In this document: positions 29,974-39,333 of the stretch, one piece after another | How the letters are laid out: each line of letters opens with the position of its first letter | Numbering within the stretch: the first letter of the stretch is position 1 | NCBI GenBank assembly: GCA_043815505.1 | Contig: JBDRIV010000002.1 | Location: 438,943-502,942 of the forward strand | Direction: 5' to 3' | DNA length: 64,000 bases | Origin: a bacterium | GTDB taxonomy: Bacteria; Patescibacteriota; JABMPQ01; JBDRIV01 | Position numbers and translations under genes: made by a program | The notes under the pieces: generated by a model | Seen by the model: only the letters and a program-made list of their open reading frames with translations | Databases searched by the model: none | Told to the model about the DNA's origin: nothing

Positions 29974-31408
29974 TAGGTTTGTTTAATTGTGATTCTGGAG
30001 GAGAGGTTTTATTGCCACTCTCATATTTTTTATCTAGGTTTCTAAATGATACCAAATTATGATCAAAAAACAAATCAATTTTTCCCGTAGGACCATTGCG
30101 ATGTTTTTTGATGTGAATCTCGGCAATGTTTTTTCTGTCGGTTTCTGGTTTGTACATAACTTCACGATAAATAAACATAACCACATCAGCATCTTGCTCA
30201 ATAGAACCGGATTCACGTAAATCAGAAAGTTGAGGAATTTGGGAGGTTCTGGATTCAACAGCACGGGAAAGCTGAGAAAGAGCCAGTACGGGAATATTTA
30301 ATTCTCGGGCAATAGCTTTAATAGTTCTGGAAATTTGAGATATTTCTTGAACTCTATTTTCTGATCCTTTTGAAGAATAACCTTCAATTAACTGGAGATA
30401 ATCAATTATTAAAAACTCAATTTTATGTTCCATATGTAAACGTCTCGCTTTGGTACGAATTTCCATAATATTAGAAGCAGCCGTATCATCAATATAAATT
30501 GGAGCATCAGACAAAACTCCCATAGCTTCACCAATGGCAGGGAAGTCATCGGTACCTTCTCCGGTGGCTAAATTTCCGGTACGCATTTTCCACAAATCGA
30601 TACCAGCCTGAGAACAAAGCAAACGATCTACCAATTGTTCCTTAGACATTTCCAAACTGAATATTCCAACGGGAATCTTTTGATTAACTGCCACATTACG
30701 AGCCATGTCCAAAGCAAAACTGGTTTTTCCCATGGAAGGTCTAGCTGCCAGTACAACCATATCAGATTTCTGCAAACCCGCCAGTAAATTATCCAAGTCA
30801 TTATAACCAGTAGAAAGACCACGTAGTTTACCAGAATCCTTATGTAACTCATCAATTCTTTCAAAGGTTTCTGTTAGAACTTCTTTAATAGGAGTAAATC
30901 TTTGTCGCAATGATCTTGTAGAAACAGAAAATAATGATTGTTCAGCTTTATCAATAAGCTGGGAAACTTCTTCATCTTCATGATGAGCCAGTTCTGTTAT
31001 AGTTCCAGCCGATTTTAATAGACCACGCAGAATTGCTTTTTGTTCTACAATCTTAGCATAATGAACAACGTGAGCAGCGGTGGGAACAACGTTAGCTAAG
31101 GATGCCAAATAACTTCTTCCCCCAGCATCAGCTAATTGTTTTTTAGCCTCAAGTCTTTCGGCCATACTAACTATATCGATTGGTTGCTGATTTTCAAAAA
31201 GTTCAATCATAACAGAAAACAAAATACTATGCTCTCTTTTATAAAAATCTTCCGCCCGAATAATATCGGCTACGTCAATCATAGCCTCCTTATCAATTAA
31301 AAGAGCACCGAGGACTGATTGTTCTGCCTCGTTGCTGTAAGGAGGTAAGGATAGATCTGCTAAATTCGTTTTTACCTCCTCGGTTTTTATAAAGGGATTG
31401 TTGACCAT
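29966..31408 (-). CDS. dnaB: Replicative DNA helicase DnaB (no intein)
   Basis: AARPSMGKT, FSLEMS, IIDYLQL, LSQLSR, DLRESGSIEQDAD, KHRNGPTG. Confidence 0.98.
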   Translation of the reverse strand: MVNNPFIKTEEVKTNLADLSLPPYSNEAEQSVLGALLIDKEAMIDVADIIRAEDFYKREHSILFSVMIELFENQQPIDIVSMAERLEAKKQLADAGGRSYLASLANVVPTAAHVVHYAKIVEQKAILRGLLKSAGTITELAHHEDEEVSQLIDKAEQSLFSVSTRSLRQRFTPIKEVLTETFERIDELHKDSGKLRGLSTGYNDLDNLLAGLQKSDMVVLAARPSMGKTSFALDMARNVAVNQKIPVGIFSLEMSKEQLVDRLLCSQAGIDLWKMRTGNLATGEGTDDFPAIGEAMGVLSDAPIYIDDTAASNIMEIRTKARRLHMEHKIEFLIIDYLQLIEGYSSKGSENRVQEISQISRTIKAIARELNIPVLALSQLSRAVESRTSQIPQLSDLRESGSIEQDADVVMFIYREVMYKPETDRKNIAEIHIKKHRNGPTGKIDLFFDHNLVSFRNLDKKYESGNKTSPPESQLNKPNV

Positions 31409-31492
31409 AAAAAAAGTATATAAATTAGTATATACACTTTAACACAATAAGGGATTATTTTCATCCGCAATCTCTCCACAAAATATGCACGT

Positions 31493-32911
31493 CTACTTTG
31501 GCGTTACTACTGGCCCTTTGACAGTATCTTTTAGATTATATCCCAGAGCTTCTATTTCTTTTCTTAATTTATCAGAAGCATCCCAATTTTTATTTTGGCG
31601 GGCTTGCTCTCTCTTTTTTGTTAACGCCAAAACTTTTTTGGGAACTTTTATATGTAAATAGGTTGTTAAATTCAGTCCCAAAATTTCATCAAATTTAATA
31701 ATGGAAGCTGCTTTGTCTTCCTTAGCACAATTGGATCTAAGCATATCCCACATCGTAGCAATAGCTTGAGGAGAATTTAAGTCATTGGCTAAAGCCTTAA
31801 AAAATTTATTTTCAAATTCCTTACAACCATTACCAGATTTACCGGCCACCTCTTTAATGTGACCTAATAAATTATCATAACCTGAACTGGCTGACCTCAA
31901 TTCTTTAATTGAAAAATTAAGAACAGAACGATAATGTCCACTTAAAATTAAATATTTATAGGCCAGGGGATTATAGCCATCTTTAGTAATGCTTTTTAAA
32001 GTTACAATATTTCCTTTTGACTTTCCCATGCGTGAAGATTCAATCAGTAAGTGTTCATTGTGTAACCAAAAAATTGCCAGCGGTTTATTAGTTAAAGATG
32101 AAATTTGGGCGATTTCATTGGTATGATGAGTATTAATGTGATCAATACCCCCAGTATGAATATCAATAGGACTAAAACCAGCAATATCAATTCTATTTTT
32201 AGAATAGGATTTTGTTAACTCTTTTAAAATAATAGCGACACATTCGGTATGCCAACCGGGGAAACCAACTCCCCAGGGACTATCCCATTCCATTTGTCTT
32301 TGCAAACCTTTAGGAGAAAATTTCCAGAGAGCAAAATCTGCTACATTTTTCTTTTCTTTATTAAAACTAACTCTAGCACCAGCTTTTAAATTGGCCATAT
32401 CGAGCTTAGCAAATTTGGGATAATCAGGATATTTAGATGTATCAAAATAGATTCCATCAGAGGTTTTATATGTAAAACCATGATCAGCAAGTGTTTCAAT
32501 TAGACTAATTTGTTCAGGTATGGTATCAGTGGCTTTAATCCATTTAGTATTTTTGCTTTTCAGAAAATGAATATTTAAAGCTGCCAAATCTTCCTTAAAA
32601 GATTTAGTATAAAAATTAGCAATTTCTTCAGCAGATTTGTTTTCTTTTTTAGCACTCATTTCAATCTTATCTTCCCCATCATCAGCATCGTTTGTTAAGT
32701 GACCGACATCGGTAATATTAATGATATGATTAGTCTGCTTACCAAAATAAAACAGAGTTCTAAGTAACAAATCAACAAAAATATAGGCTCGCAAATTTCC
32801 TAGATGAGCATAATTATATACAGTGGGACCACAAGAATACATAGTCACATTCTTTTCAGCTTTGAAGGTGGCTACTTTTTTAGTTGCAGTATTAAATAGT
32901 TTTATATCCAT
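31493..32911 (-). CDS. cysS: Cysteine-tRNA ligase
   Basis: CGPTVY..HLGN, DFALWK, PGWHTEC, DIHTGG, RMGKS (KMSKS variant). Confidence 0.97.
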   Translation of the reverse strand: MDIKLFNTATKKVATFKAEKNVTMYSCGPTVYNYAHLGNLRAYIFVDLLLRTLFYFGKQTNHIINITDVGHLTNDADDGEDKIEMSAKKENKSAEEIANFYTKSFKEDLAALNIHFLKSKNTKWIKATDTIPEQISLIETLADHGFTYKTSDGIYFDTSKYPDYPKFAKLDMANLKAGARVSFNKEKKNVADFALWKFSPKGLQRQMEWDSPWGVGFPGWHTECVAIILKELTKSYSKNRIDIAGFSPIDIHTGGIDHINTHHTNEIAQISSLTNKPLAIFWLHNEHLLIESSRMGKSKGNIVTLKSITKDGYNPLAYKYLILSGHYRSVLNFSIKELRSASSGYDNLLGHIKEVAGKSGNGCKEFENKFFKALANDLNSPQAIATMWDMLRSNCAKEDKAASIIKFDEILGLNLTTYLHIKVPKKVLALTKKREQARQNKNWDASDKLRKEIEALGYNLKDTVKGPVVTPK

Positions 32912-32917
32912 AAATAG

Positions 32918-32946
32918 AGTTTATAAAAAAACCCCCTTTCCGTCAA
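32918..32946 (-). promoter_or_regulatory. cysS promoter embedded in the upstream terminator, probably leaderless
   Basis: Minus strand TTGACG-17-TAAACT; -10 ends 6 nt before the ATG at 32911. Confidence 0.6.
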
Positions 32947-32952
32947 AGGGGG
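32925..32952 (-). terminator. Intrinsic terminator of the corA-ATPase operon
   Basis: Minus strand CCCCCTTT-GACGG-AAAGGGGG followed by T7. Confidence 0.8.
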
Positions 32953-32969
32953 AAATTGGAAATTACTTT

Positions 32970-33158
32970 TTATTGAATAAGTAATTCATACAGAAAAATA
33001 ACCACACAAGAAAATAAAGCGGCTACACTAATAATAATATAAACCCCAACATAGGTGGAAATATTTGGTTTTGTTAAAGTTTTAACTTTTAAAAAATTTA
33101 TATCTACTTTGTTATACAATTTAAAACTCTGATATTGCTTTTTAAGGAATGGGTTCAT
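32970..33158 (-). CDS. Small protein with C-terminal TM helix (62 aa)
   Basis: Overlaps the ATPase 3' end by 17 nt, stops just before the terminator; hydrophobic [22 protein letters not shown]. Confidence 0.6.
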   Translation of the reverse strand: MNPFLKKQYQSFKLYNKVDINFLKVKTLTKPNISTYVGVYIIISVAALFSCVVIFLYELLIQ

Positions 33159-34068
33159 TAATCCAAGATTTTAATACTTTTCTAATATGTTTACTCTCAA
33201 CTTTTAATCTTATTTTGGAAGTGGTATTTTGATCTGAAAGTTTGACCATAGCACAAGCTTCATCAATTAAATCAATGGCTTTATCAGGAAGAAAGCGATT
33301 TTTAATTTTATTAGAAGCTAGATCAACCGCAGTTTTTAAAGCATCATCAGATATAATTACTTTGTGATGATCTTCATAGATTATTTTAAGTCCTTTCAAA
33401 ATACTGATTGTTTCCTCAGGAGTAGGTTCTTTTACAATTAATGGCTGAAAACGTCTTTCCAAAGTCATATCTTTTCTAATCTTATTTTCATATTCATCGG
33501 GAGTGGTTGCACCAATGGCTTGTAATTCTCCTCTAGCTAAAGGTGGTTTTAAAATATCGTCAGCATCAATGGCACCTTCTGCTCCACCAGCACCACTTAG
33601 GGTGTGAACTTCGTCAATAAACAAAATTATTTTTCTTTCTTCACGGCCTATTTCATCCATAATTCCGCGGACACGTTTTTCAAATTCACCGCGATATCTG
33701 GTATCAGCCACAAGGCCTCCTAAATCTAAGGCTAAAACTCTTTTATCTTTTAAAGCCTCTGGCACACCAGCTCGACAAATACGATCTGCCAATCCTTCTA
33801 CAATAGCAGTTTTTCCTACACCGGGAGCACCAATTAGAATGACATTATTTTTAGTACGACGAGACAAAATTTGAATTACTCTTTCAATTTCTTTGTCACG
33901 TCCAATTACAGGATCCAATTTGTTTTCTTTGGCCAAGGTTGTTAAATCACGAGAGTATTGGTCAAGTATAGGAGTTCCTGAGGGGGTATAGAATTTTCGA
34001 TAAACAAAAATAATTGCTATAAAAGCAAACATAAAAGCAAGCCCAATAATTAAATAAAGATTATCCAT
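33142..34068 (-). CDS. Membrane-anchored ClpA/ClpB-like AAA+ ATPase with NBD1 only
   Basis: N-terminal TM; [57 protein letters not shown]; no Clp-N domain, no NBD2. Confidence 0.88.
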   Translation of the reverse strand: MDNLYLIIGLAFMFAFIAIIFVYRKFYTPSGTPILDQYSRDLTTLAKENKLDPVIGRDKEIERVIQILSRRTKNNVILIGAPGVGKTAIVEGLADRICRAGVPEALKDKRVLALDLGGLVADTRYRGEFEKRVRGIMDEIGREERKIILFIDEVHTLSGAGGAEGAIDADDILKPPLARGELQAIGATTPDEYENKIRKDMTLERRFQPLIVKEPTPEETISILKGLKIIYEDHHKVIISDDALKTAVDLASNKIKNRFLPDKAIDLIDEACAMVKLSDQNTTSKIRLKVESKHIRKVLKSWINEPIP

Positions 34069-34982
34069 TAAAAATATTTCTTAAGTTTGAAAAATATTAA
34101 AGTTACTATAGTTATTATAGCCATAAATCCTAGAAGTATCCAGAGACTAGAATTTCCAAACAAGGATTCAATATTTTCCATGTTAACACCAAAGAATCCA
34201 GCTATTAAAGATAGAGGAAGAAGAATAACAGAAATCACCGTTAGGGTTTTCATGCGGTCAGCTAAGCTATGGGACATTAAAGATTCGTTGGTTTCATGAA
34301 GAGCTTTTAAAGTTTCATAGTGATTTTCCAAAACTGAAGTTACTCTATCTATCTCGGCTTTAAAATCTCGTAAAAATATTTTTAGTTCTCGAGAAAAGAA
34401 ATAGTGATTGATATTAAGTAATGAATCAGAAAATTCTTTCATCGGACCCATAACTTTTCGTAAATCAATAATATTGCGCAGAACAATAGAAATTTCCTCT
34501 ACCATTTTCTTCTCTTCTCCCTTGAAAATATTTTCTTCAATATCATCAATATCTTCACTGATATGATCAAGAATAGGTAAGTAAGATTTTATTAGATGAT
34601 TTAGAATGGAATAAAATAAAAACTGCGGTGATTTCATAAAATTATCACGAGCAGTCTGGTGTTTATTAATATTTTCTAAAAATGATAGATAAGAAGTAAT
34701 ATGGCCGGAGTGAACAGTAACAACAAAATCATTGGCCACAAAAATTTCAATCTCCTCAATAGCAAATTGTTTTATTTTTCTTTGGTAAATAGGGACCCGA
34801 ATGGTAGCGAAAACATAGTTTTCGAAACGCTCAACTTTTGAACGCTGATTAGTCGTTAGGCAATCCTCAATATTTAAAGGATGAAACTTGAATTTTGAAG
34901 CAAAAGCCGTGAATTCCTCCCGATTGGGACTGGCTATATCATACCAAGTAAAATTTTTGTTATTTGTTTTAATATAACGCAT
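34068..34982 (-). CDS. corA: CorA-family Mg2+/Co2+ transporter
   Basis: [26 protein letters not shown] (GMN variant), two C-terminal TMs. Confidence 0.9.
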   Translation of the reverse strand: MRYIKTNNKNFTWYDIASPNREEFTAFASKFKFHPLNIEDCLTTNQRSKVERFENYVFATIRVPIYQRKIKQFAIEEIEIFVANDFVVTVHSGHITSYLSFLENINKHQTARDNFMKSPQFLFYSILNHLIKSYLPILDHISEDIDDIEENIFKGEEKKMVEEISIVLRNIIDLRKVMGPMKEFSDSLLNINHYFFSRELKIFLRDFKAEIDRVTSVLENHYETLKALHETNESLMSHSLADRMKTLTVISVILLPLSLIAGFFGVNMENIESLFGNSSLWILLGFMAIITIVTLIFFKLKKYF

Positions 34983-35008
34983 AAATGCGTATAGATAATA
35001 TCGTTATA

Positions 35009-35037
35009 ATTGTAACATATTTAGTAATAATAGTCAA
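35009..35037 (-). promoter_or_regulatory. Sigma70-type promoter of the corA operon
   Basis: Minus strand TTGACT-17-TACAAT. Confidence 0.7.
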
Positions 35038-35061
35038 TATAGGGGAATGAAGCCTTAAATT

Positions 35062-35090
35062 TTGACTTATCCAATAATTTGTGATAATAT
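35062..35090 (+). promoter_or_regulatory. Divergent promoter of the 35116 gene / VirD4-like operon
   Basis: TTGACT-17-TAATAT with TG before the -10. Confidence 0.6.
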
Positions 35091-35115
35091 AAAAATCGAT
35101 TTTAATGAATATTTC

Positions 35116-35541
35116 ATGGATAATAAAAACAAAAATATTAGGAAATTTGGAGAAAAAGAAGCTTCAAGCCAAGAAGCTGGAGCAGAACAACCAGAGAATA
35201 AAAAAGAGATTTTTCCTAAACAAAATGAACAGGTTGAAAGCGGCATAGAGGAAGTAAGAGAAACAGAAGTTGAAAAGGAACAGAAACAAATAATTGATGA
35301 AAAATCAGATCAGGGTGAACGAGACACTAAAAAAGTCAAACCGATTCCGCAAAATCAAATAAATATTGCGCAACAAAATTTACAGCAGTTGGTTAATATT
35401 GCTTTTACCAAAGGAATTGATGAGGCCATTGATCAGGCAAAGAAAACTGATGATCCATACTTAATTGATGAATTACATGATACTTTGGTTTCTGAACTGT
35501 ACGATAAACTAATTGAAGCAGGAAAACTAAAAAAAGATTAA
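35116..35541 (+). CDS. Hypothetical protein: low-complexity charged N-terminus, helical C-terminal domain
   Basis: ATG 35116 is in frame (the TTG at 35062 is the -35 box); C-terminus LVNIAFTKGIDEAI..DPYLIDELHDTL. Confidence 0.75.
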   Translation: MDNKNKNIRKFGEKEASSQEAGAEQPENKKEIFPKQNEQVESGIEEVRETEVEKEQKQIIDEKSDQGERDTKKVKPIPQNQINIAQQNLQQLVNIAFTKGIDEAIDQAKKTDDPYLIDELHDTLVSELYDKLIEAGKLKKD

Positions 35542-35557
35542 AATTAAAAACAAAAAG

Positions 35558-38113
35558 TTGATTTTATTTGTTGCAGTCCCGCTAAATGAGACTGATAAAA
35601 TTGTAGCCACTACCACACCAATAGAAAATTCTGATAACTGGTGGGTTGTTAGTTTGATTATATTTATATTGCTGATAATAATTACCGTTGCAATTGTTAT
35701 TTTTTTTACTAGAAAAAGAAGGTTACTACCAAGATCACTTAATATGGTAACTTTACTAATTAAGGTTCCTCGGGGTAGAAGAAAACCCAACGAGCAGGAA
35801 GAGGAAGCACAAAAAGAAGAAAAGGACATCGTTGCAGTTTCCGAACACATGTTTGCCACCTTGGCTTCCATTAGAAAAAAGGAAAATAGTTTGCATAAAT
35901 TATTCTTTGGCAAAGATGTAATATCTTTTGAAATTGCTAATGTGGGTGGTAGTATTTATTATTTTGTTTCTGCCCCCAGAACAATTATAAATTTTGTGCA
36001 CGATTCCATTGTGGCTGATTTTCAGAAAGCCGAAGTAGAAATTATTCAAGATTATAATATGTTTGTTCCGGGTGCTAAATATTCAGGTGCTGCTTTAAAA
36101 TTAGCAAAAAAGAACTACCTCCCTTTCAAAACTTATCAAAATATGGAAAGTGATCCTTTAACAAATATAACTTCAGCCATGAGCAGAATTACAGCCAATG
36201 AAGGATCAGCCTTGCAAGTTGTTTTAAAAGAAATTAATAAATCATGGCGTCGAAAAGGTATGAAAATTGCCAGAGAAATGCAACAGGGAAAATCAATTGG
36301 TGAAGCCAGAAAATCTAAATTCATTTCCGATTTTAAGAAAACAGGGAGCAATTCTTTTAAAAATAAAAATCAGAATAACAGACAAATGAATGATTATCTG
36401 GAAGAAAAAAGGCTAACACCAATGCAAGAAGAAACAATTAAATTAATTGAAGGCAAAGGAAATAAAACTGCCTTTGCCGCTAACATCAGAATTTTAGCTT
36501 CAGCAGAAACTAAAGAAAAAGCTGATCAAAATTTAAACGATTTACTAAGTACTTTTAATCAGTACGATTCGCCAGAATATAATAATCTGGTTAGAGCGGG
36601 TGCAATACAAAAGAAATTACTTTATAATTTTGTTTTTCGCCATTTTAATAGCAAACATAAATCAATACTAAGTACCGAAGAATTAGCTAGCTTATATCAT
36701 TTTCCAACAAAATTTACTGAAACACCAAACATTAAATGGTTGGAAGCAAAAACTGCCCCACCACCGGAAAATATTCCCTCCGAAGGAACGCTGATAGGTC
36801 GTAATAAATTTCGGGGTAAAGAAACAAATGTTTTTATTCGCCGGGAAGACAGAAGGCGACACATGTATATTATTGGACAAACTGGTGTGGGTAAATCGGT
36901 CTTACAAATGAATATGGCCATTCAGGATATTAGAAATGGTGAAGGTGTTTGCGTGGTTGATCCGCATGGGGATTTAATAGAAGGAATTTTAAGTAATATT
37001 CCCGATTCAAGAAAAAATGATGTGGTAGTATTTAACCCAGCTGATGTTGATCGTCCAGTTGGTTTGAATATGTTGGAATATAAAAATGAAGAGCAAAAAG
37101 ATTTTGTGGTGCAAGAAATGATAGCCATTTTCTACAAATTGTTTCCACCGGAAATGGTTGGGCCTATGTTTGAACACAACATGAGAAACGTGATGTTAAC
37201 TTTGATGGAAGATACAGAAACTCCTGGAACTATTACAGAAATTCCGCGCATGTTTACCGATCAGGAATATCAAAAATTTAAATTGAGAAAAGTTAAAGAT
37301 CCAGTGGTACGTCAGTTTTGGGAAAAAGAAATGTCCCAAACATCTGATTTTCATAAATCGGAAATGCTAGGTTATTTAATTTCAAAAGTCGGTCGCTTTG
37401 TAGAAAACGGTATGATGAGAAATATTATTGGTCAAAAGAAAAGCGGTTTTGATTTGAAAGATATTATGGATAACCAAAAAATTCTGCTGGTTAATTTATC
37501 GAAAGGAAAAATTGGCGAAATGAATTCCAGCTTATTAGGTTTAATAATTGTTTCTAAAATTCAAATGGCTGCCATGAGTAGAGCCAGTCTGCCTGAAGAT
37601 CAAAGAAAAGATTTCTATTTGTACATCGATGAGTTTCAAAATTATACAACTGATAGTATTGCCACCATTCTTTCCGAAGCTAGAAAGTATCGTTTAAATT
37701 TAATAATTGCTCATCAGTATATATCTCAGCTGATTAAAGACAACAACGACACCAGTATAAGAGATGCAGTTTTTGGAAATGTTGGTACAATTTGTGCTTT
37801 CAGAATTGGTGTGGACGATGCTGAAATTATGGCGAAACAATTTGAACCGGTTTTTGATGATAATGATGTCATCAATGTTGATAAGCATCATGCTTTTGTA
37901 AGATTAATGATAAATAATACCGCCAGCAACGCTTTCAGTATGGACACTTTTCCACCGTATGAGTCACAGGACGAAAAATGTGCTGAAGATATTAAGAATA
38001 TTTCTCGTCTGAAATATGGTGTCAGCCGTTCGGAAGTAGAACAGGATATATTGGACCGAAGCAAATTTGGTGATCAATCATCAAGACAGAATTTTAATGA
38101 ACCAACACTCTAA
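35558..38113 (+). CDS. VirD4/TraD/HerA-like membrane-anchored ATPase (type IV coupling-protein family)
   Basis: N-terminal TM; RRHMYIIGQTGVGKS (Walker A), DPHGD, LYIDEFQN (Walker B), ARKYRLNLIIAHQ; start codon uncertain. Confidence 0.88.
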   Translation: MILFVAVPLNETDKIVATTTPIENSDNWWVVSLIIFILLIIITVAIVIFFTRKRRLLPRSLNMVTLLIKVPRGRRKPNEQEEEAQKEEKDIVAVSEHMFATLASIRKKENSLHKLFFGKDVISFEIANVGGSIYYFVSAPRTIINFVHDSIVADFQKAEVEIIQDYNMFVPGAKYSGAALKLAKKNYLPFKTYQNMESDPLTNITSAMSRITANEGSALQVVLKEINKSWRRKGMKIAREMQQGKSIGEARKSKFISDFKKTGSNSFKNKNQNNRQMNDYLEEKRLTPMQEETIKLIEGKGNKTAFAANIRILASAETKEKADQNLNDLLSTFNQYDSPEYNNLVRAGAIQKKLLYNFVFRHFNSKHKSILSTEELASLYHFPTKFTETPNIKWLEAKTAPPPENIPSEGTLIGRNKFRGKETNVFIRREDRRRHMYIIGQTGVGKSVLQMNMAIQDIRNGEGVCVVDPHGDLIEGILSNIPDSRKNDVVVFNPADVDRPVGLNMLEYKNEEQKDFVVQEMIAIFYKLFPPEMVGPMFEHNMRNVMLTLMEDTETPGTITEIPRMFTDQEYQKFKLRKVKDPVVRQFWEKEMSQTSDFHKSEMLGYLISKVGRFVENGMMRNIIGQKKSGFDLKDIMDNQKILLVNLSKGKIGEMNSSLLGLIIVSKIQMAAMSRASLPEDQRKDFYLYIDEFQNYTTDSIATILSEARKYRLNLIIAHQYISQLIKDNNDTSIRDAVFGNVGTICAFRIGVDDAEIMAKQFEPVFDDNDVINVDKHHAFVRLMINNTASNAFSMDTFPPYESQDEKCAEDIKNISRLKYGVSRSEVEQDILDRSKFGDQSSRQNFNEPTL

Positions 38114-38114
38114 C

Positions 38115-38142
38115 TTGACTGATTTCAGGTGTATGATATAAT
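38115..38142 (+). promoter_or_regulatory. Sigma70-type promoter
   Basis: TTGACT-16-TATAAT with extended TG. Confidence 0.7.
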
Positions 38143-38182
38143 TTTTGTACTAAACCCCATTTTAAAAAAATAAACAAACAAA

Positions 38183-38842
38183 ATGCCTAAACAAAAAGAG
38201 GATGAGGCTAAAGACACTTCTTTGCCAGAAGAAGGCTTAAGTCTCCTAAAACAATACATAAAAAGCGCTGAAGCTAGTTTAACATCAGCCAATAAAGTCT
38301 TAACAGATTTAGGAGCTGGAGAAATTGAGTTTACTGATGATATAAAAGAGAGAGCTAAGTCTTTGGCCACAACCGATGTCCCCGACGGGAAAATTGTCGA
38401 GGGCGTTTTTGATGGTCAAAATATGATTGGCCCCGATGGCAAGCAATATCCCGTGCCAGCTAACTATGCTAGTAAATCAAAATTAGTAGAAGGTGACATT
38501 TTGAAACTAACAATCGCCGAGGACGGTTCATTTATTTTTAAACAAATAGGACCAGTAGATAGAAAGAAAGCTATTGGAAAAGTTTCTAAGGGAGATACAG
38601 GAGAATATCAAATAAAAGTTGGTAGTAAAATTTACAAGGTTTTAATGGCGTCGTTAACATATTTTCGGGCTGAACCAGGTGACGAAGTTACAGCTATTAT
38701 TCCTAAATCGAGAAATGCCAAATGGGCAGCCATTGAAAATGTAATAAAGAAAACAGGAAATTTAGCTGAAGATGAAGATATTGATGATTTTGATAACGAA
38801 GACGAAGAAGAGGAAGAAAATGACGACGAAATATTAGTTTAA
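38183..38842 (+). CDS. Conserved-looking hypothetical protein with two beta-rich domains and an acidic tail
   Basis: VEGVFDGQNMIGPDGKQYPVPANYASKSKLVEGDILKLTI; from memory a CPR-enriched family; own promoter and terminator. Confidence 0.75.
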   Translation: MPKQKEDEAKDTSLPEEGLSLLKQYIKSAEASLTSANKVLTDLGAGEIEFTDDIKERAKSLATTDVPDGKIVEGVFDGQNMIGPDGKQYPVPANYASKSKLVEGDILKLTIAEDGSFIFKQIGPVDRKKAIGKVSKGDTGEYQIKVGSKIYKVLMASLTYFRAEPGDEVTAIIPKSRNAKWAAIENVIKKTGNLAEDEDIDDFDNEDEEEEENDDEILV

Positions 38843-38864
38843 TGTAATTAACTTGCCAGAAGCC

Positions 38865-38894
38865 CCTGCCCGCATGAATTTGCGGTCAGGTTTT
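38865..38894 (+). terminator. GC-rich hairpin, probable terminator
   Basis: CCTGCCCGCA-TGAATT-TGCGGTCAGG followed by TTTT. Confidence 0.6.
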
Positions 38895-38901
38895 AATTTA
38901 A

Positions 38902-39333
38902 ATGAATAGACACTTATTACAATTTGTTCGCTTCTCAATTATTGGCCTAATCGGATTTGTCATAGATTTTGGGACATATACTTTATTAACACGAGTTTTT
39001 GGGACAGCAGAACTACCAGCTAATATTACCAGCGTTTTCCTAGCCATTATTTTCAATTTTATAGGGAATAGATATTGGGTATTTAGTTTAAGAGGTAATA
39101 GTGGTTTAACTGGCCAAACAATTAAATATGCCATAGTTAGTGGGGCCGGATATATAGTTCAGCAGCTCATTTTTATACTATTACTTCGAAGTAATGGGTT
39201 TGCAGACCTAGTTCCATTCTTCACAGATTATGCAGCTAAAATAGTTGCAATTTTGATTGTGATGTTTAATAATTACTTTGCCAACAAATTCTGGACTTTT
39301 AGAGTAAAAGAAGAGAAAAATGAACAAGAATAA
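38902..39333 (+). CDS. GtrA family membrane protein
   Basis: QFVRFSIIG, FNFIGNRYWVF, NNYFANKFWTF; 4 TMs. Confidence 0.88.
   Translation: MNRHLLQFVRFSIIGLIGFVIDFGTYTLLTRVFGTAELPANITSVFLAIIFNFIGNRYWVFSLRGNSGLTGQTIKYAIVSGAGYIVQQLIFILLLRSNGFADLVPFFTDYAAKIVAILIVMFNNYFANKFWTFRVKEEKNEQE

Noticed and set aside
29966-31408. Intein in dnaB
   Set aside because: Normal length with contiguous helicase motifs
35062-35115. TTG start for the 159-aa ORF
   Set aside because: The TTG is the -35 box (TTGACT); ATG 35116 is the more plausible start
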